From an uncultured Chthonomonadaceae bacterium (GTDB taxonomy: Bacteria > Armatimonadota > Chthonomonadetes > Chthonomonadales > Chthonomonadaceae), in contig CAWFQB010000004.1 of NCBI GenBank assembly GCA_963817895.1, positions 512,001 to 576,000 on the forward strand: a stretch of 64,000 nt of DNA. The letters run 5' to 3'. Every line of letters begins with the position of its first letter. Position 1 is the stretch's first letter. The notes under the pieces are model-generated. The model was not told the DNA's origin and made no database searches. It saw nothing but the letters and a program-made list of their open reading frames with translations. Of this stretch, positions 31,590 through 42,261 are shown in pieces. Position numbers and translations under genes: made by a program.

Positions 31590-33232
31590 ATGTTCACCGT
31601 GACGCATAACGAAGTCGAAGAACCTATCATAGATGTACAGCGCGTGGGGCAGATTGCGCGGCGACGCTGGAAAGTCTGGGCGTTGTTGGGGACGGGATTG
31701 TTCGGGGCGGGAATGGCGGGCGGGCTGTGCCTGCTGCCGCAAACGTTCACGTCTGTAGTCTCCATTTCCGTGCAGCGTCCGGGCGGGAGCAGTTCGCCGC
31801 TTGGCGGGCTGATAGGATTGGGCGGCGGGCAGAAAAGTTACGGCGGCGTGGTGAAGAGCCTGCGCATGGCGGGTGAAGTCGAGTCCGAAGTCGGCCTGCG
31901 ACAGTTGTACCGGCTGCCCTCCCCGGAAGAGGCCGCGCGCAGGTTGTCGAAGAGCGTCGGGCTGGACGACAACGCGGCGGAGGGCCTGCTGTACATCACG
32001 GTTGCCCTGCCCGCGCCGCCCCGCTATGCCGGTCACGCGAACGTGTTGCGAGACGGCGCGCGGCAGGCATCGGCGCGAGCGGCCAATGCGTATGCGGAAG
32101 CCCTGCGCCGGTATACGGTGGAAACCGACAACGACAAAGAGGCCGTGATGCTGCGCATGGCCGAAAACCAGATTCGGGAAGCGCGGGCAGGGTACGACAG
32201 CGCGATTGACCGCCTGCAAATGTTCGTGCATGAGCATCGCGGCGGGAATATAGCAACGGCGCAGCCCGCCGGGGATGAGAAAGTGGGGGGCGCGTCCACG
32301 CTTGCCGCCGCCGGGGGATTGGGCGGGCTGTACAGCGAGCGGGCGCAGTTGGAACAGGAGATTCAGACGCGGGAAGCGACCCGAACGGCGCGAATCGCCA
32401 TGCTGGACAGCCAACTCCATTCGCTGGCGACGCTGCCGGGAGAAGACCCGCTTCTGGCCGGGGCCAGAGCCGGGGAGCGCAGGGCGGATGAGGAACTGCA
32501 AGCCCTGCGCATCCAGTTTGAGGCCGAACATCCACAGGTGATCGCCGCGCAGGAGAAACTGCGGATCGCGCGGAGAGCGGGTTCGCCGGGAAGCGGACGG
32601 CCTGAAAAACGGCCTGACCAGTGACCGCGCCACCAATCTGGCGGAAACAAGCGGCCTGCGCAGCCGACTGGAAAAGGTTCGCGCGCAGATCGCCCTTGCC
32701 GAAGGGCAGGCGCAAACCGGGCGCGAACAAACGGCGGAACTGGAAAAACTGCGCAATGAAGCCATTCTCCGTCTGGAAGTGCTGAAAACCACGTCCACGC
32801 AGGTTGCCACGCTGCGGGTGCAAACGGCATCGAGCCAGAGCCGCATCCTGGTGATAGATCAGGCGCGGCCCGCAGAAGTGAGCAGTCCCGGCCTGATGCT
32901 TATCAGCCTGTTCAGCGGGTTTGCGAGCCTAGCGATTCTGCTTTTATGGTTGATAGCGGAATACGCCTTCGGCAAGCGCGAACCAATGCTTGTCGTTACG
33001 CCTCTTGCGCGGACTGCCCAACGATTTCGGCGCCACTGCGGTTATCAACATCCACGCGAACGGCGCTTACGGCAGCGGGGTGCATGTCAACACGGTTCAC
33101 GCCAACAACGGCGGGAGCGCGCGGAAGGAAACCGCAAGTGTCGCGTATGCCAACGGCACAAACGGGCATGGGACACATGCGGAACCCATGATGATTATCT
33201 CTGATTTAGACGCGGAAGGAACGAACGGATGA
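31590..33232 (+). CDS. Polysaccharide co-polymerase (Wzz/GumC-like), frameshifts near 32580 and 33000
   Basis: N-terminal TM, coiled coil, EHPQVIAAQ, ILVIDQARPAE plus second TM; no kinase domain. Confidence 0.75.
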
Positions 33233-34161
33233 AAGTTCTGGTGACGGGCGCGGCCGGGTACATCGGCAGTATTTTATGTGAGCATCTGCTTGCCGCAGGG
33301 CATGACGTGATCGCCCTTGACAGCCTGCTGTACGGCCAGGCGTCCCTGTTCCACCTGTGCGCCAATCCCCGTTTTGAATTTGTGCGGGGCGACGCGCGCG
33401 ACGAGAGCCTGCTGCGCCAACTGGTACGCAAAGCCGACGTTATTATTCCCCTTGCCGCCATTGTGGGCGCGCCCGCCTGCAAGCAGGACCCATACCTCAC
33501 CACGTCTATCAATCTCGACGCGGTACGCCTGCTCAACCGTCTGCGCTGCCCCGACCAACTGATGATCTATCCCACGACCAACAGCGGCTACGGCACACAG
33601 TCCGGCGACGAATATTGTACAGAGGAGACTCCCCTACAGCCAATATCACTGTATGGGCAGACCAAATCCGATGCCGAGGCCGACGTGCTGGCGTCCGAAA
33701 ACGCGATCACGCTGCGATTGGCAACCGTGTTCGGAACTTCGCCCCGGATGCGGCTGGATTTGCTGGTAAACCACTTCACGTATGCCGCTGTGACGGACAG
33801 CTACCTCGTCCTGTTCGAGAAAGATTTCAAGCGCAACTTCGTGCATGTCCGCGACGTGGCGGATTGCTTCCTGTATTGCATGACACACGCCGACAGCATG
33901 ACCGGCAGGCCGTACAACCTCGGTCTGGACGCGGCCAACCTGTCCAAAGAACAACTCGCGTTGAAGGTACAGGAACACGTTCCGCATTTCTACCTGCACT
34001 ACTCCGAAGTGGGCAGCGACCCTGACAAGCGCAACTACATCGTCTCCAACCAGCGCCTGCGCGAAGCCGGATTTGAAGCGCGGCACTCCCTCGACGACGG
34101 CATCCGCGAACTGCTCAAAGGCTACGCGATGCTGGGTAGAGGGACGTTTAAGAATATTTAG
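33229..34161 (+). CDS. Extended SDR, Cj1427-like GDP-D-glycero-D-manno-heptose C4-dehydrogenase
   Basis: GAAGYIGS, ADVIIPLAAIVGAP, YPTTNSGYG, RLATVFGTSPRMRLDLLVN, DPDKRNY match the Cj1427 motifs as I recall them; adjacent to hddA. Confidence 0.8.
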   Translation: MKVLVTGAAGYIGSILCEHLLAAGHDVIALDSLLYGQASLFHLCANPRFEFVRGDARDESLLRQLVRKADVIIPLAAIVGAPACKQDPYLTTSINLDAVRLLNRLRCPDQLMIYPTTNSGYGTQSGDEYCTEETPLQPISLYGQTKSDAEADVLASENAITLRLATVFGTSPRMRLDLLVNHFTYAAVTDSYLVLFEKDFKRNFVHVRDVADCFLYCMTHADSMTGRPYNLGLDAANLSKEQLALKVQEHVPHFYLHYSEVGSDPDKRNYIVSNQRLREAGFEARHSLDDGIRELLKGYAMLGRGTFKNI

Positions 34162-34166
34162 TTACA

Positions 34167-34261
34167 GGGAGTAGGTTGTAGGGAGTAGGCAAATACTATC
34201 TCGTTCGCGTTGCCATCTTACAACAAGAGGGCATTGCCCCTACTCCCTACAACCTACTCCC
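34167..34261. repeat. Heptamer-built 23-bp inverted repeat element
   Basis: gggagtaggttgtagggagtagg (34167-34189) and cctactccctacaacctactccc (34239-34261). Confidence 0.92.
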
Positions 34262-34276
34262 CAGGATGTACTTCTT

Positions 34277-35314
34277 ATGATTATCACCAGAACCCCCCTG
34301 CGCATCAGTTTCTTTGGCGGGGGTACGGATTATCCTGACCACTTTCGCGAACATGGCGGCCAGACATTAGGCGTCGCCATCAACTACTACTCCTACATTA
34401 CTGTGAAGTCGTTGGCTCCCCTGTTTGATTACGCGATCCGGGTTGGTTATCGGCGCACGGAACTCGTGCAGCGATTGGACGAAGTAGAGCATCCTTCGGT
34501 GCGGGAGTGTATGCGCTATATGGGCGTTGAGGGCAATGTGGAAGTGGATTACATCGGCGATTTGCCCGCCCGCAGCGGGCTGGGATCGTCGTCCTCGTTC
34601 ACGGTCGGCCTGCTTCACGCGCTTCACGCCTACAAGGGCGAACTGACCACGCGGGACCAGCTTGCGCGGGAAGCCGTGTATGTGGAACAGCAGATGATCG
34701 GGGAGCGCGTCGGCGTTCAGGATCAGTACCTGTGCGCTCATGGCGGCCTGACGCATCTCAAAATGCGCCGGGACGGGCAAATCAAGGCGCAGGCCGTACC
34801 CTTGCGTTCAAGCCGATTGGAAGATTTCCATTCGCATCTGATGCTGTTTTATACGGGCTTGCAGCGCAACGCGCACGACGTGTTGGACGAGCAGATCGCG
34901 AACACGCGGCAGGGAACCGTAACGGCTGACCTGCATCAAATGTCCGATCTGGTGGATCAGGGCATCGAGGTATTGACGAGTGAGCGGCCCCTGTCCGTCT
35001 TCGGCGAATTGCTGCACGATGCGTGGGAAATCAAGCGCGGCCTGTCCAGTAAAATCAGCAACGCGGATATTGACCGGCATTACGCCGAGGCGCGGCGGGC
35101 GGGCGCGGTGGGCGGCAAATTGCTGGGGGCGGGGGGCGGCGGGTTCCTGCTGTTTGTGGCTCCTCCCGAACGTCAGGCAGGCATTGCCCGCGCCCTGTGG
35201 CCGCTAAAGCAGGTTCCATTCCAGTTCGATTTTACGGGTTCCGACATCGCGTTCTATCATCCCGAAGGCCATCTGGTCACGCCGCAGGCCGTCACGCTGG
35301 AACGCGCCGCGTAA
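34277..35314 (+). CDS. hddA: D-glycero-alpha-D-manno-heptose-7-phosphate kinase (GHMP)
   Basis: MIITRTPLRISFFGGGTD, LPARSGLGSSS, GVQDQY, GGKLLGAGGGG. Confidence 0.9.
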   Translation: MIITRTPLRISFFGGGTDYPDHFREHGGQTLGVAINYYSYITVKSLAPLFDYAIRVGYRRTELVQRLDEVEHPSVRECMRYMGVEGNVEVDYIGDLPARSGLGSSSSFTVGLLHALHAYKGELTTRDQLAREAVYVEQQMIGERVGVQDQYLCAHGGLTHLKMRRDGQIKAQAVPLRSSRLEDFHSHLMLFYTGLQRNAHDVLDEQIANTRQGTVTADLHQMSDLVDQGIEVLTSERPLSVFGELLHDAWEIKRGLSSKISNADIDRHYAEARRAGAVGGKLLGAGGGGFLLFVAPPERQAGIARALWPLKQVPFQFDFTGSDIAFYHPEGHLVTPQAVTLERAA

Positions 35315-35351
35315 TCTCTGATTCACTTCAAAAAGATCAAAGGCTAACAAA

Positions 35352-36257
35352 ATGAGCAATCAGATTGCTGACATGGTGGGAAAGACGCCCCGGCGAGTGG
35401 CGGGGGCGGCGAAACGGAAACTGGTCACGTCGCTGTGGCATGTGGAGCACTCGCTGGCGCGGCGAAAGGGCGGGGCGGAAATGGACGGGCGGCAAGCCTC
35501 GTGGGTGGCGACATTGGAAAATAAGCTGCCCAACAGCGGGCCGATTCCGGTTGACGCCGACGCCAACCCCGACACCATTATTCAGGCCGCGCAGGATGTG
35601 ACGAAGCGGCAAACGGCGGCTGAAGGCTTTGAGGGATTGGCGCTGGATGACGCGCTTGTGTACACCAACGCCTACAAGGACATGAGTTTCTTTCCGCTCA
35701 CACAGGCTATCGCGCAGATTTGCCGCGCGGCTCGGAACGCGCCCCTGACTTCCGTGCTGGAATTGGGCTGCGGCAGCGGACACATGCGCCGGTTCTTCGA
35801 GTCCTTCGGCGCGAACGATTATCTGGGCGTGGACGCCAATCCTATCGCGTTCCGGCATAGCTGCCATATCGTCGGGTACGAGGAACACTATCGCCTGCTG
35901 AACTTGCAGGAGGAGATAGATTTCGCCGCCGAATTCGATCTTGTCTGCACGTTCGAGGTTCTGGAACACATTCACGAGGCGAAACTGGACGGGATGCTGG
36001 CGACGATTCGCAATCATATACGCCCCAACTCGCTGTTCATCGGAACCGCGTCGCTGGTGGCGGATTTCGACGTGCATATCACGGTTCATCCCCGCGAATG
36101 GTGGCTGGAACGGTTCGCCAAACATGGCCTTGTGCCGCACCCCGATCAGGAGGGGGCGATCCGCCTGCTGGCGCGGAACCATCCCTTCAACTGGAACGGC
36201 AACAACACCAATCTGTTCGTGTTGAAATTGGCGGAGGGCGGCAATGGTCATGCGTGA
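35352..36257 (+). CDS. Class I SAM-dependent methyltransferase
   Basis: VLELGCGSG, YLGVD, FDLVCTFEVLEHI. Confidence 0.85.
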   Translation: MSNQIADMVGKTPRRVAGAAKRKLVTSLWHVEHSLARRKGGAEMDGRQASWVATLENKLPNSGPIPVDADANPDTIIQAAQDVTKRQTAAEGFEGLALDDALVYTNAYKDMSFFPLTQAIAQICRAARNAPLTSVLELGCGSGHMRRFFESFGANDYLGVDANPIAFRHSCHIVGYEEHYRLLNLQEEIDFAAEFDLVCTFEVLEHIHEAKLDGMLATIRNHIRPNSLFIGTASLVADFDVHITVHPREWWLERFAKHGLVPHPDQEGAIRLLARNHPFNWNGNNTNLFVLKLAEGGNGHA

Positions 36258-37218
36258 GGTTCGCGAATTCTTACAGGGGAAGCGGGTTCTCGTCACGGGC
36301 GCGAGCGGGTTTGTCGGGCGCAATCTGGTTCCCATGCTGGAACGGGTTGACTGCGAACTGCTCACGCCCACGCGCCGACAATATGACCTGCTGGAACAGG
36401 AGCAAATACGCGCCCTGCTTGCGGACACGCGCCCGGATGTGGTTCTGCACCTTGCCGGTTTAATCGGGGGCATCATGGCGAACAAGCAGCGGCCCGCCGA
36501 CTTTTGTACTCAAAACCTGCTGATGGGAACCCTGATGCTGCACGAATCCTATCAGGCGGGCGTCAGCAAATACATTACGCTGATGGGGGGATGCAGCTAT
36601 CCGGCCCACGCGCCCTCGCCAATTCGCGAAACCGAACTGTGGAACGGCTACCCGCAGCCGGAAAGCGCGCCGTACTCGCTGGCGAAAGCCATGAGCGCGG
36701 TGCAGGCGCAATCGTACCGTCGTCAATATGGATTCAATGCGGTCGTATTGGTTCCCGGCAACATCTACGGCCCACACGACAACTTTGACCTGACGAACTC
36801 GCACGTCATTCCCGCCCTGATACGCAAGTTTTCGGAAGCGCGGCGGGACGGACAGCGCGAAATCGTGTCGTGGGGAACGGGCCGGGCAACCCGCGACTTT
36901 ATCTACATCAAAGACGCCTGCGAAGCCATTCTGCTCGGCGCGGCCACGTACAGCGGCAGTGACATCATCAACCTGTCGTCCGGCAACGCGACCACGATAC
37001 GAACCCTTGTGGAAACCATTGCCGACCTGACCGGCTACCGGGGCGCAATCGTGTGGGACGCGAGCAAGCCTGAAGGCCAGTTGGAAAAAGGCTTCGACGT
37101 AACGCGGATGCGCGACATTTTGGGTTACGAGTGTCCCACATCCCTGCGCGAAGGTTTGAAACGCTCGATAGAGTGGTACGAGTGTAATCACGGAACGGCG
37201 CGTTTGATAGCCGCCTGA
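36250..37218 (+). CDS. GDP-L-fucose synthase-like epimerase/reductase
   Basis: GASGFVG, HLAGLIGGIMAN, GGCSYP, YSLAK, NIYGPHDNF, SHVIPALIRK, WGTG. Confidence 0.88.
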   Translation: MREVREFLQGKRVLVTGASGFVGRNLVPMLERVDCELLTPTRRQYDLLEQEQIRALLADTRPDVVLHLAGLIGGIMANKQRPADFCTQNLLMGTLMLHESYQAGVSKYITLMGGCSYPAHAPSPIRETELWNGYPQPESAPYSLAKAMSAVQAQSYRRQYGFNAVVLVPGNIYGPHDNFDLTNSHVIPALIRKFSEARRDGQREIVSWGTGRATRDFIYIKDACEAILLGAATYSGSDIINLSSGNATTIRTLVETIADLTGYRGAIVWDASKPEGQLEKGFDVTRMRDILGYECPTSLREGLKRSIEWYECNHGTARLIAA

Positions 37219-37233
37219 TCCGTTTCTAATTGG

Positions 37234-37279
37234 CCCTCAACCCCTAACCCCTTCTCCCAAAAAAGCCTGGGAGAAGGGG
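37234..37279 (+). repeat. CCCTCACCCC-type hairpin repeat
   Basis: ccctcaacccctaaccccttctcccaaaaaagcctgggagaagggg. Confidence 0.8.
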
Positions 37280-37303
37280 AACCTGAGAGTAAGAAAAATC
37301 ATC

Positions 37304-38431
37304 ATGCCCCAAACTGCCACCCAAACACAACCCATCTCCTTCTTCCAGAGCCACATTGCGCCCGAAGCCATCGAACTCGTCAACGAAGTATTGCGTTCCG
37401 GGTGGGTCAATGAGGGCGAAATGGTCAAGCGGTTCGAGCGTTCCCTGACGGCAACGCTTGGGATGCGCCATCCCGTCACCGTGAACAGCGGAACCGCCGC
37501 GCTGCATCTCGCGCTTGCGACCGCCAATGTCGGGCCGGGGGATGAGGTGATTTTGCCCGCGCAAACGTTTATGGCGACGGGACTGGCGATTCTGATGCAG
37601 CGGGCCACGCCGGTTTTTGCCGATATTGACCCGCATACCGGCAATATCGCGCCCGCTTCGATTGCATCCCGCATTACGTCCAAAACTCGCGCCATTATGC
37701 CCGTGCATTGGGGCGGCTATCCGTGCGAACTGGACGAAATAAACGCCCTTGCCGAACAGCATCATTTGACGGTTATCGAAGACGCCGCCCACGCGCTCGG
37801 CGCGACCTATAAAGGGCAGGTTGTCGGCAACATTTCGCGCTTTACGGCCTTCTCGTTTCAGGCTATCAAGCACCTGACGACGGGGGACGGCGGCATGTTG
37901 TGCTGCGCTTCGGAAGAGGACGAGAAGCAGGCGGTTATCGGCAGGTGGTTCGGCATTGACCGCGCCAACATGCAGAAAACCCCGGAGGGCGCGCGGGGCT
38001 ACGACGTGTCCACACTGGGTTACAAGTACCACATGAACAACATCGCCGCTGCCGTAGGGTTGGGCAATCTGGTAGATTTCCCTGCCCGCTTGGCCCGCCG
38101 CCGCCAAGTCGGGGCCATGTACCGGGAGCAATTGAACAACATACCCGGAGTCGAACTGCTGGAATGTAAGCCCGACCGCGAACACGCCTACTGGCTGTTC
38201 ACCCTGCTTGTGGAACGCCGCGAAGATTTCGCGCGCAAACTGGCGTCGCGGGGCATCCCGTGTTCCGTCGTGGATTTCGGCATTGACCGCAACTCGGTCT
38301 TCAGCGTAACCCGCCACAACCTGCCCGGTCAGGACGCGTTCGACGCCCACCAGATTTCCCTGCCCGTCCACGAGGGGTTGAGCGACGCGGATGTCCATCA
38401 TATCGTGGAAACGATTTGTTCGGGCTGGTAG
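37304..38431 (+). CDS. DegT/DnrJ/EryC1/StrS PLP sugar aminotransferase
   Basis: NSGTAALHLA, IEDAAHALG, FSFQAIKHLTTGDGG, GYKYHM. Confidence 0.92.
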   Translation: MPQTATQTQPISFFQSHIAPEAIELVNEVLRSGWVNEGEMVKRFERSLTATLGMRHPVTVNSGTAALHLALATANVGPGDEVILPAQTFMATGLAILMQRATPVFADIDPHTGNIAPASIASRITSKTRAIMPVHWGGYPCELDEINALAEQHHLTVIEDAAHALGATYKGQVVGNISRFTAFSFQAIKHLTTGDGGMLCCASEEDEKQAVIGRWFGIDRANMQKTPEGARGYDVSTLGYKYHMNNIAAAVGLGNLVDFPARLARRRQVGAMYREQLNNIPGVELLECKPDREHAYWLFTLLVERREDFARKLASRGIPCSVVDFGIDRNSVFSVTRHNLPGQDAFDAHQISLPVHEGLSDADVHHIVETICSGW

Positions 38432-38444
38432 GGGAGAATTGATT

Positions 38445-39458
38445 ATGACGGCAACCGAAATAGTACGCGAAACCAAAAGCGAAGAATTTACGCTGCGCTG
38501 CGCCCGCAACGATGCCGACGACGGCGCAGCGTTTCTGCGAACTTTCCAATTCGCTGTATGCGCGAAAAGTGAATCTGGACTATTACCGCTGGCAGTTTTT
38601 CGGCGGGCCGTTTCCGAGCGCGTTGAGCATGGTGTACGCGCCGAACGGTGATCTGGCGGGTTGCTACGGATTTCACCTGCGACGGCTGGCCGGTTCCGAC
38701 GCGCATATCAGCATGGCGCTGGAAGCGATGATTGCGCCCGCGTATCAGGCGAAAGGGCTGCTGAAACAACTCATAGAACACGGCAGCGAACAGTTCGCTG
38801 CAGACCATCCCATCGGCATCATGGGCATGGCGAACGCGCGGGCGGGACGTTTGTACAAACTGAAAATGGGCTGGTCGGAAGTGGCCGGCTTGCAGGACTG
38901 GAACTCTTGCCGCCGACGCGCTGCCGCCTTCCGAACTCTGCCGAACTCCGGCTCATCCCCTTGACGGCATTGGGCGCGGAAGAAGACGCCTGTTTGCGCG
39001 CGGCTTCTGAGCGCCGGGGCAAAGTCGGGATCGGGTTGGCGCGTGACGCCGCGTTGTGGCAATGGCGGTTTCTGGACAATCCCCGCTACCGTTACGAACT
39101 GTTCCGGGCGGAGAAGCAGGGCGTTTTAGTCGGGCTGCTGGCGCTGAAAATGTTCGTTGATCCGGTAACAGATGAACGCTACGGAGACATTGTAGACATT
39201 GCATGGCGCACGGAAGACGCCGCTATTCTGCCCCATTTGCTGACCGGCGCGGCGAACCATTTGCGCGATCAGGGGGCGCAACAGATTTCCACATGGCTGC
39301 AAACCAACACGGAACTGGATGAAGCGGGGTGTAAATTAGGATTTCAGCCAACAAGCCGCCAACGAAATCTGGTATGCAAAGTTCTGGACACGAATTGCGC
39401 GTGGCTGGAAGACCCGCTGCGCTGGTGTACCACAATGGCCGATACAGAAATGTACTGA
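38445..39458 (+). CDS. Two-domain GNAT-fold acyltransferase, frameshifts near 38510 and 38900
   Basis: YYRWQF, MIAPAYQAKGL, RDAALWQWRFLDNPRYRY across three frames. Confidence 0.7.
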
Positions 39459-39459
39459 A

Positions 39460-39522
39460 GTCAGGTTGTCAGGTTGTTAGGAATTTATCTACTGTCTACC
39501 GTCTACAGTCTACCGTCTACCG
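39460..39522. repeat. Short tandem repeats (gtcaggtt x2-3; tctacNg x5)
   Basis: gtcaggttgtcaggttgttagg, then tctactg tctaccg tctacag tctaccg tctaccg. Confidence 0.8.
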
Positions 39523-39537
39523 TTGTGAGGATTTTTC

Positions 39538-41006
39538 TTGTCAATCGCTGCTGTTAATCAGGCCGGAAGGACGCGCTTTTTCGGGGGGCGTTCTTCCGGC
39601 TTTGTGGTAAATCTGGTGTCCGTTGGCGGCGCGACGGTGCTGATACGCCTGCTGAATCTGGTCATTCTCAGCTACGCGGGGCGCAAGCGCTTGGGCCGGA
39701 GAGTTTCGGCAAAATGGGGTTTGCGGCTGCCGTAATCGCATACGCCTCCATGCTGCTGTCGCCGGGAATGGGGCAGTGGGGAACGCGCAGCATTGCGCAG
39801 GATCGGGAACGCGCAGGCCGTACCCTGATTGAAATCAACGGAATTCAGTGTGTGCTGGCCTGCGCTGCTTATACGGGATTGGTTGTTTTGAGCGCCGGTT
39901 TGTGGCATGACGCTGTTTTGCGCCCGCTGATTTTGATACAGGGATTGTCGCTGTTTGTAGTCGCGCTGTCCGTAGATTGGGTGTTCAACGGCTTCGAGCA
40001 GATGCGCGTTCCCGCCCTGCTCAACCTGCTCAACTACGCGCTGCAAGTGTTGGGATATGGTTTGTGGGTGCATCGTCCCGAAGATTTGCTGCGGTTCGCG
40101 CTGATTGGATTGCTATGCAGCCTGTGTACAACCCTGCTCGGTTATGCCGCGCTGTTTCGCCGCCTGCGCCTGAAGCTTGTGCTGCCACAAATAAAAGAGT
40201 TGCGGCACACGCTGCGCCAATCCCTGCCGCTTGGCGCGACAATGGCCCTTGCCCTAGCCCTGCGCCACGCCACGACGCTGGGCGTGGAGCATGTCTGCGC
40301 CGCCGCCATGCTGGGCTGCTTCCTCGCCGCCTTCCGCATCTTTGAACTGACCACCACCCTGCCGAATACGCTTGTCGCCGTGTTTCTGCCGCGTCTGGCC
40401 CGACTGGTGGCGCAGGACAGGGCCGGGGCGCAACGGCAGGCGCAATGGTTCGCGCAAATCAACATGCTTCTCGGCTTCGGATTGGCGGCGATTGTGGCGG
40501 GGGAAGCGCCCGCCATCATTCAGCTTATCTATGGGGCGCGGTATGCCGATGCCGCGTTGCTGCTGCGCCTGATGGCGGTCGGGATCGTCTTTAATCATGC
40601 CGTGTTCGGCTACACCAACTGTCTGATTCCGTTCGGCAAGGATCGCGCCCTGCTGCGCTGTGTGGCGGTTTCCGCCTGTCTTGCGTTTGCCGGCAGCCTG
40701 TTTCTGGTTCCCCACTGGGGCGCAAAAGGAGCCGCGCTGACGATTGCCGGGCTGGACCTGCTGGCATGGGCCGCCACCCTGCGCGACTACCGCAAAACTA
40801 TCGGCCCGCTGAACCTGAGCGGCTGGACGGCGCCCCTGTGCGCCGGTTTACTTCTGCTTTTCGCGGCCCTCGCGTTGCAGCAAATGCGCGTCCCTCTGTT
40901 TGCGCGCCTGCCTGTATACTTGCTCTTCTATTTGCCTGTATTGAGTCGTTACAGGCGTGGATACGCCGGGTATCAACCTACAAGTGTTGAAAGCCCGCCT
41001 GCTTAA
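39538..41006 (+). CDS. wzx: Wzx-type polysaccharide flippase, frameshift near 39690
   Basis: LGPESFG-like motif, many TM helices, VFLPRLARL, LIYGARY, LVPHWGAKGAA. Confidence 0.85.
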
Positions 41007-41131
41007 ACGCCATATAGTCACAAAGGAATTTATTCAGTTGCAGCAAGCGAAATTTCAACAGGCATAGTTTTCAATTCGGTGTGAGCCTCGAATGTTATAT
41101 AGCAGGAATCCTCCCCTGAGTACGCGAATAC

Positions 41132-42142
41132 ATGCGTATGAAGATTATCGCGAACATTTCCTTCCAAATATTGCCGGTGTTGAGTCTTGCCTGCCTGCTC
41201 ACCATTTCTTCCCGCGCCCAGAATACAACGCCTGCCCGGAAGCAACCTTCTCCGGCGGGTAAGTCTGCCACCGCCAAACCAACGGTCGCCAGTGCTTCGG
41301 AAGCATCCGTGAAACTAATCGCTACGCTCACGGATACGCGCATCACGGAGAGTTCCGGGCTGGCGGTTTCCCGCGTCAACAACGGGATTTTCTGGACGCA
41401 TAATGACAGCGGCGACGGACCGTATCTTTACGCGCTCGACCGGAGCGGCAAAACCGTTGCCCGCGTGACGATTCCCGGCGCGACGAATGTGGATTGGGAG
41501 GACATGGCGAGCGGGCCGGGAGAGGACGCGCGCCCCGCGCTGTATGTAGCCGACTTTGGCGACAACAACCACAACCGGGATAATCTGGTTCTTTACCGTA
41601 TTCCCGAACCCGTTTTCGATCCCAAACAGCCCCAACCGGAACTGAAGTCGGAACTGCCCGACAAGTTTTTCTTCCGCTTCCCCGACGGGGCGCATGACAC
41701 GGAAACCCTGCTCGTCCATCCCCAAACCGGAGAAATGGTCGTTGTCACCAAAGAGGGCAGCGGACAGAGCGGCGTGTACGCCTTTCCGATCCCGCTCACT
41801 CCGGGCGGCAAAACAACGCTGCAAAAGGTGGGAACGCTCACCTTCGCGGGGCAACTGCTTTCCGGGTTCAGCAAGCGGTTCTCCGAAGGCGAGCGCATGG
41901 CAACCGGCGGCGCGGTATCCCCGGATGGCAAGCGCGTATTCATCCGCACCTATCTGGAGGGGTACGAGTGGACCATTGCGTCGGGGCAGTCCATTGCGCA
42001 GGCGCTGAAAGGCAAGCCGCAGCAGATGCTTTTGCCCCTGATGAAGCAGGGCGAATCCGTCTGCTACCGGGCCGACAGCAAAGCCATTTACCTGACAACA
42101 GAGGGCGCTCACTCCCCGCTTTATGAAGTAACGTTGCGGTAG
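41132..42142 (+). CDS. Secreted beta-propeller protein of unknown function
   Basis: Signal peptide; ITESSGLA, WTHNDSGD, DWEDMA, ADFGDNN, HDTETL, QGESV. Confidence 0.75.
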   Translation: MRMKIIANISFQILPVLSLACLLTISSRAQNTTPARKQPSPAGKSATAKPTVASASEASVKLIATLTDTRITESSGLAVSRVNNGIFWTHNDSGDGPYLYALDRSGKTVARVTIPGATNVDWEDMASGPGEDARPALYVADFGDNNHNRDNLVLYRIPEPVFDPKQPQPELKSELPDKFFFRFPDGAHDTETLLVHPQTGEMVVVTKEGSGQSGVYAFPIPLTPGGKTTLQKVGTLTFAGQLLSGFSKRFSEGERMATGGAVSPDGKRVFIRTYLEGYEWTIASGQSIAQALKGKPQQMLLPLMKQGESVCYRADSKAIYLTTEGAHSPLYEVTLR

Positions 42143-42195
42143 GTTATTGGGTTGTTAGTCGGTAACTATTCAGCCTCTTCTTTTCATTCAAGAAT

Positions 42196-42240
42196 AGCCC
42201 CTCTCCCAGGCTTTTTGGGAGAGGGGTTGGGGTGAGGGCT
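42196..42240 (-). repeat. CCCTCACCCC-type hairpin repeat
   Basis: Reverse complement agccctcaccccaacccctctcccaaaaagcctgggagaggggct; same loop as 37234 copy. Confidence 0.85.
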
Positions 42241-42261
42241 ATTCATTACTGAGGAGGCGCT

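Noticed and set aside
33229..41006. Septacidin/hygromycin-type antibiotic cluster
   Set aside because: No nucleoside, NRPS or acyl-carrier genes; context is Wzx, co-polymerase and export, so a surface glycan is more likely.
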